From Candidatus Pacearchaeota archaeon (lineage in GTDB: Archaea; Nanobdellota; Nanobdellia; Pacearchaeales; GW2011-AR1): a stretch of DNA of 55,427 bases. Numbering within the stretch: position 1 is the stretch's first letter; every line of letters starts with the position of its first letter. The notes beneath the pieces are model-generated. The model saw only the letters and a list, made by a program, of their open reading frames with translations. It was not told the origin of the DNA and made no database searches. A program made the position numbers and the translations under genes. Below are positions 39,652-48,758 of this stretch, one piece after another. Location: assembly GCA_017609175.1 (NCBI GenBank), contig JAFCEJ010000001.1, positions 1 to 55,427 on the forward strand, in the 5' to 3' direction.

Positions 39652-39975
39652 TTAATAATTTTCTTTTTTATTTTTAATAATTTTATTAAACATTTCTTCT
39701 GTATAAATCGTGACTAATGCCAGTTGCTCTAAATCTTTTTTGTCTTCTTGAATTAAAAAATAAAAATATCTTTCTTTTCCTCTATCTAATTTTGTTTTAA
39801 GAAACCATGTTTTATTATAACACTCTAAACTGCTTAAATCATTAACTCTTCTTAGAATACTCTTTGCTTTTTCTTTGATATTTCTATGGGTGTTTTTTGT
39901 TGGACTATATCCTTTGGCTCTTTGTTGATATTTTCGAATAAAATGATGAGTTATTTTTACCTTCTTTTCTAACAT
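39652..39975 (-). CDS. Basic hypothetical protein, possible RelE/BECR-fold (DUF4258-like) ribonuclease
   Basis: VKITHHFIRKYQQR N-terminal helix and YFYFLI...LVTIY C-terminal strands. Confidence 0.55.
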   Translation of the reverse strand: MLEKKVKITHHFIRKYQQRAKGYSPTKNTHRNIKEKAKSILRRVNDLSSLECYNKTWFLKTKLDRGKERYFYFLIQEDKKDLEQLALVTIYTEEMFNKIIKNKKENY

Positions 39976-40053
39976 TTTTTTATGTTGAAAAATTCTTTTA
40001 AAAGGATTATAGTTTTTCAAAACATATAAAAAAGTAAAACGTCTGCTTTTTTT

Positions 40054-40350
40054 ATGGAAAAAACAATTGAGGAGTTAGAGAAAGATTATGATTTAGAATT
40101 AGAAAAAATTGTGAGAAAAATAAAAGAGCATAAGGCGAAATTGGTTTTATTGCAGTTTCCCGATGGTTTGAAGCCTTATGCAACAGTTATTGTTGATTAT
40201 CTTGAAGAAAAAACTAAAGATGTGGAATTCTTAATTTGGCTTGATAGCTGTTTTGGAGCTTGTGATATTCCTGTTGGGTTAGATGGGCTAAAACCAAAAA
40301 TTGATTTGATTGTGCAATTTGGGCACAATGAATTAATGCCGAGTTATTAA
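40054..40350 (+). CDS. dph2: Diphthamide synthesis Dph2, N-terminal domain only
   Basis: LLQFPDGLK, SCFGACD, IVQFGH; stops at 98 aa. Confidence 0.85.
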   Translation: MEKTIEELEKDYDLELEKIVRKIKEHKAKLVLLQFPDGLKPYATVIVDYLEEKTKDVEFLIWLDSCFGACDIPVGLDGLKPKIDLIVQFGHNELMPSY

Positions 40351-40477
40351 TACAAAATTTAGAATTTTAGTATAATCTTCAGCGAAGAAAATTTTTAGAG
40401 CAAGAGTTAATTAAATTACCATTGAAGCGTTACAATAAATAAAAAGGTTTATAAATTGTTAAATTTCTCTATTTTTT

Positions 40478-41581
40478 ATGACAAATGAAATCCATTATGG
40501 TGTAATATCTGATGTTCATCAAGATCCAAGGGTAGTTCCGGCAACTATCGAAGTTTTGAAAAAACTAGGTGCAGAAAAACTTCTAATAAATGGAGATATC
40601 GGTAATCAACAAAGAACTCTTGAAGATAGTCAGAATTATGTTGCGTTTATTCTTGATTCTATTGGTAAAAGTGGTTTAGAGTCTTATGTTCAACCAGGAA
40701 GTCATGAAACTTTACTTGCTTTTGGTCCAGTAATTGATTATTTCGCTGATAAATATGATAATTTATTTACTATAAGCAAACCATTAAAAGTATCTGGAAA
40801 AAATCATGATTTGATTTTTTTGCCAGGGTCAGATTGGAATGCAGGTGGAGAATATCATATTGGAAATGATGAAAGAATCCCAAGCGGAAGATACATTCAA
40901 ACAGAAAAAGGTTTGATACCTTTTGATGATTTTGACCAATATATTAGTGCTATTCAGCAAGGAATTGCACAGGGTGCAATGCAATATGCTAACATGAATG
41001 ATTTAAGAAAATTAGTAAATGATCCTGATAAGAGCATCGTAATTTGTCATGTTCCAAGAAAATTTGATAGTCTTGATACTGCCGTTGATGTTGCTCACTT
41101 TTGGCAAGGAAGAGTTTACCACAGAGATTTTACAAAAGATCCTGTCAAAGATTGGACTTATACAGAACTTGATGTTATGCCAGGGAGCATACCTAAGGAA
41201 AGAATTGAATTACAAAGATCATGCAGAGCTTATTCTTTTGGAGAGAAATCTGAAGAAGAGATATTGGCAGAAGCAATTGAATTTACCAAGAAAGAAAACC
41301 TAGAAAGATGTTTATTTGTTGTTGAAATGAAAGAAAATAGAGGAAATAAAGATTTAAAATCGCTTTATCAAGAGGTAGGAATTACTAAAGCAGTAAGTGG
41401 TCATTTCCATGAAAGCGGGCATAAGGCAAATGATAATTATGGAAATCATGTTCCTGAAGGAAAATTTGTGACTGATTTATTTTGGAATTCTGGATGGTTA
41501 GATACTGGACAAACAGGAATTTTGACAGTTAGAGATGGAAAAGTTAGTTATAAAAATATTTGCCTTGAAGAATATTTATAA
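40478..41581 (+). CDS. Calcineurin-like metallophosphoesterase with large insertions
   Basis: ISDVH, INGDI, PGSHE, ICHVP, SGHFHE. Confidence 0.88.
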   Translation: MTNEIHYGVISDVHQDPRVVPATIEVLKKLGAEKLLINGDIGNQQRTLEDSQNYVAFILDSIGKSGLESYVQPGSHETLLAFGPVIDYFADKYDNLFTISKPLKVSGKNHDLIFLPGSDWNAGGEYHIGNDERIPSGRYIQTEKGLIPFDDFDQYISAIQQGIAQGAMQYANMNDLRKLVNDPDKSIVICHVPRKFDSLDTAVDVAHFWQGRVYHRDFTKDPVKDWTYTELDVMPGSIPKERIELQRSCRAYSFGEKSEEEILAEAIEFTKKENLERCLFVVEMKENRGNKDLKSLYQEVGITKAVSGHFHESGHKANDNYGNHVPEGKFVTDLFWNSGWLDTGQTGILTVRDGKVSYKNICLEEYL

Positions 41582-41624
41582 TCAAAATCTTCTCATTTAT
41601 TTAATGAACTTATTAGATTTATGA

Positions 41625-42335
41625 TTACAGCCAACCCATTAACAGACTTAATCCTACTAAGAATAATAACAATCCTGCAATGAGGTGAAGATATCTAATG
41701 TTTCGTTCTTTCCACCCCGAAACTTCTTCAACTTTTGCAAATCCTCTGTAAACTAAAAATACAATAATTAACATAGGAATAATGAATAAAATATTATAAT
41801 AAAGCAACCAAGGTAATGCACCGACTAAACCTTTTTGAAATAATAATCCTGATGCTACTATATATGGTCCTATTGTACAGGGTAATAAGAAAAGAGTAAC
41901 GAAGATTCCTATCACAAATGCACCTTTTGGCGAGGTAATTTTTTTTATAAGCTGTTTCATTCGTGGTCTTAAGGGCATCGGCATTTCTGTAAAAATACCC
42001 CCTGGTTTATATATGAAATAATCTTTAATATTTAATGCTCCAATAATCATGGCAAAAATCGCTAATCCATTATATAAATAATATGCAAAAGAACTCTCCC
42101 TTATTGCGTCGTCGAGTGTTTTGAAAAATTGCATTATTATAACCCCATAAAAAAGATATCCAACATAAACCGCTGCTATAAAAGATAGGCCCCCATAAAG
42201 AACTCTTTTTTTCTTTTCAGGATTTTGAATTAAGATGGTTATTAAAACGATTGACAAAACAGCGATTGCACAGGGGTTTACTGAATCTGCCAAAGCAAGT
42301 GCAGTTATTCTTGTAAAACTTAATGCATCATTCAT
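41625..42335 (-). CDS. CcdA/DsbD-type transmembrane thiol-disulfide electron carrier
   Basis: DSVNPC and LLPCTIGPY in a six-TM protein. Confidence 0.85.
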   Translation of the reverse strand: MNDALSFTRITALALADSVNPCAIAVLSIVLITILIQNPEKKKRVLYGGLSFIAAVYVGYLFYGVIIMQFFKTLDDAIRESSFAYYLYNGLAIFAMIIGALNIKDYFIYKPGGIFTEMPMPLRPRMKQLIKKITSPKGAFVIGIFVTLFLLPCTIGPYIVASGLLFQKGLVGALPWLLYYNILFIIPMLIIVFLVYRGFAKVEEVSGWKERNIRYLHLIAGLLLFLVGLSLLMGWL

Positions 42336-42336
42336 T

Positions 42337-42708
42337 TTATTTTTTTGTTTCCTCCTTCAACGGACAACCTGTTAATTCGCTTAATTCTTTTAAAGTTTTA
42401 TATCCGATATATTTGTTATAATCAATAATCCATGTTGGCGTTGCTCTTATTTTGTTTTTTACAAAACATTCATTATAATTTTCTTCTTCTGCGCAATTAA
42501 CAATTTTTAAATATTTATAGCTTTCTCCAAATAAGTCTTCTTGTTTTTTGCATGCAAAACATCCTGTTTGCATATATAATATTGCTTTTTCTGAAACGCA
42601 TTTTGCAAACTCATCGTTTGGATTTGTTTCATTTTTGCTTAAAGCATAATAAGATATTGCAATTACTCCTAAAACTATTATTATTGTTATCCGAAATCCT
42701 TTATTCAT
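42337..42708 (-). CDS. Membrane-anchored thioredoxin-fold protein
   Basis: N-terminal TM, GCFACKKQ, ATPTW. Confidence 0.85.
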   Translation of the reverse strand: MNKGFRITIIIVLGVIAISYYALSKNETNPNDEFAKCVSEKAILYMQTGCFACKKQEDLFGESYKYLKIVNCAEEENYNECFVKNKIRATPTWIIDYNKYIGYKTLKELSELTGCPLKEETKK

Positions 42709-42780
42709 TTTAAGAGCCTCTCGTTTTTAGAATAAATATAAATAGAAAATGTTTTTTTAAATCTTTTGGGGAAACTGATT

Positions 42781-43068
42781 TCAGTAATCGTCAAGCCCTT
42801 GTTGGTCGACAGATTCTTCTTTTGGTTCTTGTGAGGCTTGTTCTTCTTCAATTTCTTTCATGTCTTCTTCGGTGATTGAATTTATCATTTCCTTGAATTT
42901 AGGAAAATCTTGAGCAAGAATTCTCACACCTTGTTTTGTGAATCCAGTGTATCTATCAGTTGTTATAAATTCTCTTATTGTCAATCCTTTTCGTCCACCA
43001 AAGTCATCTACCCTGATTATGATATCACTTGTATCATTTTTCTTTATTTTCCCAATGTCTTTTTCCAT
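42781..43068 (-). CDS. PC4/YdbC-like ssDNA-binding protein with acidic tail
   Basis: IRVDDFGGRKGLTIREF...FTKQGVRI. Confidence 0.7.
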   Translation of the reverse strand: MEKDIGKIKKNDTSDIIIRVDDFGGRKGLTIREFITTDRYTGFTKQGVRILAQDFPKFKEMINSITEEDMKEIEEEQASQEPKEESVDQQGLDDY

Positions 43069-43151
43069 TATCAAAATTAATAAAATGGTTATTTAAATGT
43101 TTGTATGGTTGATACAGATATATTTATAAGATATATTTAATCTTGCAATTT

Positions 43152-43700
43152 ATGAATTTGATTGATATTATTGAAACTAGTTTTGAGAATGTGATGCAAC
43201 AATATATAGAAGACAATGGTTCAAAAAATGATTGTTGGGAAGTAAGAAACTTGGAAAGAGCAAATGATAAATTTGGGAAATGGATTATGGCAAAGATAAA
43301 ATCTTCTGAGATTGGAGAAATTGTTTTGCCATATTATTCTTATGGGGGCATACCAATAACCCCCAAAGAAGGAGCATTTCTTTCAGATGCTTATGATAAT
43401 TTTAAAAAAAATAAAGAAAGATTTAGATTAGGAAATAAACAGTTTTGTGATAGAATTGATGCTCAAAAGAGATTGATTTCCTTAAGTGGTATTCGAAGTA
43501 TTTTTCTTAGTCAAGAACCTCTTTTTATTGGAGATTCTTATTCTGGGCTTGAAAAATATAAAAATAAAATTACCCACCTAGATGGTTTTCATAGACTTAT
43601 GGCTTTAATGGATATGGAACAAAAACCAGAGTTTATCCAGAGCTATATAGCAGTTTATTCAACATTTCTAGATTCCCTCAATTATGGAAATCCATTCTGA
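43152..43700 (+). CDS. ParB/sulfiredoxin-like domain protein
   Basis: ITHLDGFHRLMAL matches the DGxHR motif. Confidence 0.6.
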   Translation: MNLIDIIETSFENVMQQYIEDNGSKNDCWEVRNLERANDKFGKWIMAKIKSSEIGEIVLPYYSYGGIPITPKEGAFLSDAYDNFKKNKERFRLGNKQFCDRIDAQKRLISLSGIRSIFLSQEPLFIGDSYSGLEKYKNKITHLDGFHRLMALMDMEQKPEFIQSYIAVYSTFLDSLNYGNPF

Positions 43701-44639
43701 TTTGAATTTTTCTGGATTGTGAAATTCTCTAAAATAATCTAACGCTTCTTTTGAATATTTTGTTCTATCATTTGTTATTAGCATATATTTTGCTAACCAT
43801 TCATTTATATTATTAATATCTGCTACAAAATTTGGTATAATTTCTTTAATATCATATCCATATCCGACAGCAGTTGTAAGGATAGGACACCCACAAGCCA
43901 TTGCTTCAAGTGTTATTAGGCTTCCTCCTTCAAACCGGGTAGGTTGTAATAAAAGTTGTGATTGATTATATTCTTTATTGAGCTTTTTATTATCTTTTAG
44001 TCCCATATACTGTATGTTTGGAGATTCTATTTTTTTATCACTAAATAATTTTATTTTTATCCCTGCTTCTGCTAATTTTTCTAAAATATCAAAACCCTTT
44101 TCATAGTATCTTCCTCTTATTGGCGCAATAGCTAAATCCGATACATTGGAATTTTTGGGATAAAAGATTTTAGTATCTACCGAATTATTAATTATTTTAT
44201 CAACATGGATTCCGATATCTTTTAATCCTTGTGTCGCAAATCTAGAAACCGTAACGACATATTTTCCTTTTGCAGAAATTTTTTGCATTTTGGCTTTTTC
44301 TAATCTATTTTTAGTAACTTCTTCTGGGACTAAATTTTCAACTGCTTTAGCATAACCATAATAATTTCCATGAAAAACATTTATAGCTTTTGGATGGTCT
44401 ACGGCATATCCCATTTCTCCATTACATAAGACTACATCATAATTATTCTTTTTGTGGAGATAGTTGAAATATTCTCCAATAGCTTCTTCTAAATTCTTTT
44501 GGGGTTTTTTGGGCAAAGACTCTTCCCCGATTATTGTAACTCTATGTTTTCTTTCGCGCAAAATTTTAGAGATGTCTCTAGTAAAAATTTGAACCCCCCC
44601 TACCGAGTTAATCTTATTTGTAACAATTGCTATTTTCAT
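43668..44639 (-). CDS. Glycosyltransferase family 4 (GT-B)
   Basis: GGVQIF, NSVDTKIFYP, KGFD, FEGGSLITLEAMACG. Confidence 0.92.
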   Translation of the reverse strand: MKIAIVTNKINSVGGVQIFTRDISKILRERKHRVTIIGEESLPKKPQKNLEEAIGEYFNYLHKKNNYDVVLCNGEMGYAVDHPKAINVFHGNYYGYAKAVENLVPEEVTKNRLEKAKMQKISAKGKYVVTVSRFATQGLKDIGIHVDKIINNSVDTKIFYPKNSNVSDLAIAPIRGRYYEKGFDILEKLAEAGIKIKLFSDKKIESPNIQYMGLKDNKKLNKEYNQSQLLLQPTRFEGGSLITLEAMACGCPILTTAVGYGYDIKEIIPNFVADINNINEWLAKYMLITNDRTKYSKEALDYFREFHNPEKFKSEWISIIEGI

Positions 44640-45808
44640 TTTAATTCAGAGATTAATTTATTTCCCTCATTTATTGCTTCTCTAAAGATTTCTTTTCTTT
44701 TTCTAGGATCTTTTATTTTAGCGTCAATGCCCGATACACTTAATTCATTCTTTAAGACAAAATTGAGATATATTTTTTTAATATATCTTTTAATAGCAGT
44801 TCTATCCCCCCCCATAAGTGTAACATAATCGCTTATTATCCTATCAAAAAACCATTCCTCAATACCAACCCTATTCCCGGTATTAACTCTTGGTATATTG
44901 CTTTGTTCTATTAAAAATTCTAGTCCCATAGATTTTTCTTTTTTGGCTATATTTCCTTGTGCCCCATACTTCAAATGGACACAATGAAATTTGGGGTCTG
45001 GTGTGAAAAACATCTTATATCCCTTGTTTGTTAATTTTAAAGCAACATTTGTTTCTTCTCGATATCCATTCCTCCAAGTGAAGAATTCTGGAAAGCCCCC
45101 AATTTCTTTAAACATCTCTTTTTTGATTAAGAAAACTCCTGCTAAGTTTTTTATTTGAATTGGTTTTAAGATTTTTAATTCTTGATTTAGGAAATTATCC
45201 TTAAGGCTTTCTATATATTCTATTGGAAACCCGTCATAATTTCCTGTCATAATCCCTTTTTTTAAATCCAATATACCAATATCATTTAGATTGACCAGAT
45301 TAGGTATTGTTTTTCTATGATATACTGGCAAATGTAATGCTGCAACATTTTCGTCTAACTGATTTAAGGTATAGTTTGCTCCAAAAAGCATATATCTACT
45401 AAAAACACAATCGTCATCTAAAAACATAATCAAGTTATTTTTACTCTCTCGGACTCCAATGTTTCTGCTTATTGATGAACCGAGATTTTGCGAATTTCTT
45501 AAATAAACTATTGGAATGTCTGATTTATCTGAAAAATCACTAACTATTTCTTCTGTATAATCTGTTGAAGCATCATCCACTATTATGATTTCATCTAATC
45601 CGCTATGTTTTTGTGTTAATAATGATTCAAGGCACCACCCTAATGGATTAGAATCTTGTTCTGCTGGGTGAGGAGCTCGGTTATAGGTAGGTATGACAAC
45701 ACTAATTTTTGATAAATTAAATTGCCCATTAATAGAAAAATTATCTAGATATGATGGATTAAAATAGTTCCTTTTTAAGATTTCCCTATATTTCTCATTA
45801 TCTATCAT
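44636..45808 (-). CDS. Glycosyltransferase family 2 (GT-A)
   Basis: SVVIPTYNR, IIVDDASTD, SRNIG, FLDDD. Confidence 0.92.
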   Translation of the reverse strand: MIDNEKYREILKRNYFNPSYLDNFSINGQFNLSKISVVIPTYNRAPHPAEQDSNPLGWCLESLLTQKHSGLDEIIIVDDASTDYTEEIVSDFSDKSDIPIVYLRNSQNLGSSISRNIGVRESKNNLIMFLDDDCVFSRYMLFGANYTLNQLDENVAALHLPVYHRKTIPNLVNLNDIGILDLKKGIMTGNYDGFPIEYIESLKDNFLNQELKILKPIQIKNLAGVFLIKKEMFKEIGGFPEFFTWRNGYREETNVALKLTNKGYKMFFTPDPKFHCVHLKYGAQGNIAKKEKSMGLEFLIEQSNIPRVNTGNRVGIEEWFFDRIISDYVTLMGGDRTAIKRYIKKIYLNFVLKNELSVSGIDAKIKDPRKRKEIFREAINEGNKLISELK

Positions 45809-45965
45809 TTTTTATATGCGAATTTTTAATTTATTTATAAATATTGTGTATTTATTATTGAATTACAAAAATTAGAACTAAAAATAGGCATTTCTTTATA
45901 TATTTTTCTCTAATTTAGTGGATATTTTAAGGAAATCTGAGAAATTTTAATATTGAAAGAATTGT

Positions 45966-46274
45966 TTAATCTTTCATTTCGATTTTAATATTTACACTTT
46001 TTGGAATTTTAAGACGCATAATGTGGTGAAGAACTTTTTCATTTGCAGGTAAATCTATTAATCTTTTATGGATTCGCATTTCATATCTGTCGAACGTGGC
46101 AGTACCATCACCACAAGGAGATTTTCTTGTTGTAATCTTGAGTTTTTTAGTGGGGAGGGGGACTGGACCGCTGATTGCTATTCCTGCTTTTTTGGCAATT
46201 TCTTTGATAGAATCACAGATATTATTGAGCATTTCTATATCAACACTGTTTAATTTTACTCTAACTTTTGGCAT
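45966..46274 (-). CDS. rps10: 30S ribosomal protein S10 (uS10)
   Basis: SGPVPLPTK, TRKSPCGDG.ATFDRYEMRIHKRLID. Confidence 0.97.
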   Translation of the reverse strand: MPKVRVKLNSVDIEMLNNICDSIKEIAKKAGIAISGPVPLPTKKLKITTRKSPCGDGTATFDRYEMRIHKRLIDLPANEKVLHHIMRLKIPKSVNIKIEMKD

Positions 46275-46370
46275 TGTAATATCAATAGAAAAAATCGGTT
46301 TAAAAAGTTTTTTAATGAAAGATTTTTATACTATATCTCATTAATATTTTTATTAAAAAGAGGATTGAAC

Positions 46371-48080
46371 ATGGAAGAGATATTTATTCATTTAGCAATA
46401 ATTCTTTTGGCGGCATTTTTGGTTTCGTATGTAATTAGATTATTTAAGCAACCTATTATTATCGGATATATTATTGCAGGAATGATTATAAGTCCTTTTA
46501 TTATAAGGTTTGGAGCATCAACAGAGATGATTGAAACATTTTCTCATTTGGGGATTGCATTTTTGTTGTTTATTGTTGGTCTTCATTTGAACCCGAATAT
46601 TGTGAAAAGAATTGGAGCGACTTCTTTGATTGTTGGATTAGGGCAAATGGCTCTGACTTTTGCTGTGGGTTTTGTAATATCTTATTATTTGCTAAGTTTT
46701 AGTTATGTTGCTTCTTTGTATATTGCTGCTGCATTGATGTTTAGCAGTACAATTATTGTTACGAAATTACTTTCAGATAAAAGAGAGTTAGATTCTCTTT
46801 ATGGCAAGATTTCTTTGGGGGTTTTAATTATACAAGATTTAGTTGCTGTAGGTGTTTTGATGTTTATTTCTTCTTTGAATGGAGAGGTTACATTGGGTTC
46901 TTTTATGGCAAGAAGCCTGATTGGTGGAGGGGGACTTTTGATTGGATTATTTGTCGTTGGTTATTTTGTTTTGCCAAAAGTTATTTATAATATTGCAAAA
47001 TCACAGGAGTTATTATTTTTATTTTCAATCTGTTGGTGTTTTTTGATAGCATCACTTTTTTCTTATTTTGGGTTTTCAATTGAAATTGGGGCTTTGGTTG
47101 CAGGAGTTGTTTTATCAATTTCTCCTTATAGTACTGAGATTAGTTCAAAAGTTCGTCCATTAAGGGACTTCTTTCTAATAATTTTCTTTATTATCTTGGG
47201 ATTGAATATTCAAATTTCAAATATTGGTTCAATTATTTTAAGTGCTGTTGTTTTTGCTTTGATTGCTTTGTTGTTTAAACCGATTATTCTAATGACTTTA
47301 ATGGCAATTTCAGGGCATACTAAGAGAAATAATTTTTTAGTTGGGACAATTCTTGCACAAATATCTGAATTTTCTCTGATTATTTTAGCTTTGGGTGTTT
47401 CTATGGGACATATTTCTGACAAAATTTTATCAACTTTGACCTTGACAGGAATTATCACGATTGCTGTTTCAACATATTTTATAATTTACTCTAATCGGTT
47501 TTATGAAAAAGTTTCAGGGATGATTTCTATTTTTGAGAGAAAAGGTGTTAAAGATGAAAAAGAGTATTTCAGAAAATATGATGCGATTTTGTTTGGTTAT
47601 AATCGGATTGGTTATGGTATTTTGAGGAGCCTGAAAAGAATAAAAAAAGATTATCTTGTTGTGGATTTTAATCCTGACACTGTTGCTGATTTGAAAAAAT
47701 TAAGAATTCCCACATTGTATGGAGATGTTTCTGACGCAGAATTTTTAAGAGAACTCCCTCTTGAGAAATTGCAACTGGCTGTTTCAACAATTCCTGATTT
47801 TGAAACTAATTTAATTTTAATAGAAACAATAAAACTTGCTAACCCAGATGCAATTATTATAGTGAGAGCTCATCAGGTAAAAGATGCACTTACATTATAT
47901 AAAAAAGGAGCGGATTATGTCTTAACACCTCATTTTTTAGGAGGAGAGTATGTTTCAAAGATGATTTCAAAATTAAAGACAAAATCAAGCGGTTATGAAT
48001 CTGAAAAAGAGAAACATATGAAGATGCTTAAGGATATTATGAGAAAAGGATATAAACACCCAGATATAGAAAAAAATTAA
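46371..48080 (+). CDS. CPA2/Kef-type cation:proton antiporter with TrkA-N (RCK) domain
   Basis: GIAFLLFIVGL, FSSTIIVTKLL, IIQDL, QISEFS, GYNRIG, YGDVSD. Confidence 0.92.
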   Translation: MEEIFIHLAIILLAAFLVSYVIRLFKQPIIIGYIIAGMIISPFIIRFGASTEMIETFSHLGIAFLLFIVGLHLNPNIVKRIGATSLIVGLGQMALTFAVGFVISYYLLSFSYVASLYIAAALMFSSTIIVTKLLSDKRELDSLYGKISLGVLIIQDLVAVGVLMFISSLNGEVTLGSFMARSLIGGGGLLIGLFVVGYFVLPKVIYNIAKSQELLFLFSICWCFLIASLFSYFGFSIEIGALVAGVVLSISPYSTEISSKVRPLRDFFLIIFFIILGLNIQISNIGSIILSAVVFALIALLFKPIILMTLMAISGHTKRNNFLVGTILAQISEFSLIILALGVSMGHISDKILSTLTLTGIITIAVSTYFIIYSNRFYEKVSGMISIFERKGVKDEKEYFRKYDAILFGYNRIGYGILRSLKRIKKDYLVVDFNPDTVADLKKLRIPTLYGDVSDAEFLRELPLEKLQLAVSTIPDFETNLILIETIKLANPDAIIIVRAHQVKDALTLYKKGADYVLTPHFLGGEYVSKMISKLKTKSSGYESEKEKHMKMLKDIMRKGYKHPDIEKN

Positions 48081-48706
48081 TTTCCAACATCTTCTTCTAA
48101 ATCGAATAAGGTAAAAATAAATCCAAAAAATCTTAAAATCGCTTCCAAAATGATTATAAATAACAGATAAAAGAACATCTCATTGAAAATTAATGGGAGG
48201 AGGTCAAGCCGTCTTAATACCCTTTCAATATTGAAGAATGTTGGATTAATTATTGAAATTGCTAACATTGTAAATGGCAATATTTTTGCAATTTCTCTGG
48301 CTAACTCTTCGTTGTAATAGGAACTCATCCTTGTTGTTGCTATAACGATTGTTGATATTATTAGAATGACTTTTATTTCCTGGATTTCAGTTAATAAAAT
48401 TAGGAAACTGCTGAATATTAAAAACCAAAAGAAAATTAGAAAAGGTGAGATTATTAGGTATTCTATAAGATAGATTAATTTAGTTGTGAATTCATTGCTT
48501 GATTGAGTAATTTTTTCAAAATATTTCCCAAGGAAATTTTTTGTTGCTACAAATCTGTGGAGCTTCCAGATAAATAAGGCATACAGAAAACCAAGTAAAA
48601 TTAATAACATTAAATCAATGAAGATACCTACTTCTTGGAATTGTGATAGGAAATTCTCATGCATTTCTATAAAACCCGAGATTAGGCTACTCACCTCTTC
48701 TACCAT
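48077..48706 (-). CDS. Hypothetical multi-pass membrane protein
   Basis: About five hydrophobic helices. Confidence 0.75.
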   Translation of the reverse strand: MVEEVSSLISGFIEMHENFLSQFQEVGIFIDLMLLILLGFLYALFIWKLHRFVATKNFLGKYFEKITQSSNEFTTKLIYLIEYLIISPFLIFFWFLIFSSFLILLTEIQEIKVILIISTIVIATTRMSSYYNEELAREIAKILPFTMLAISIINPTFFNIERVLRRLDLLPLIFNEMFFYLLFIIILEAILRFFGFIFTLFDLEEDVGN

Positions 48707-48758
48707 ACTTAATTATAGACATCGTTACTTTTAAATATATTCCTTATTTGTTTTTTTT

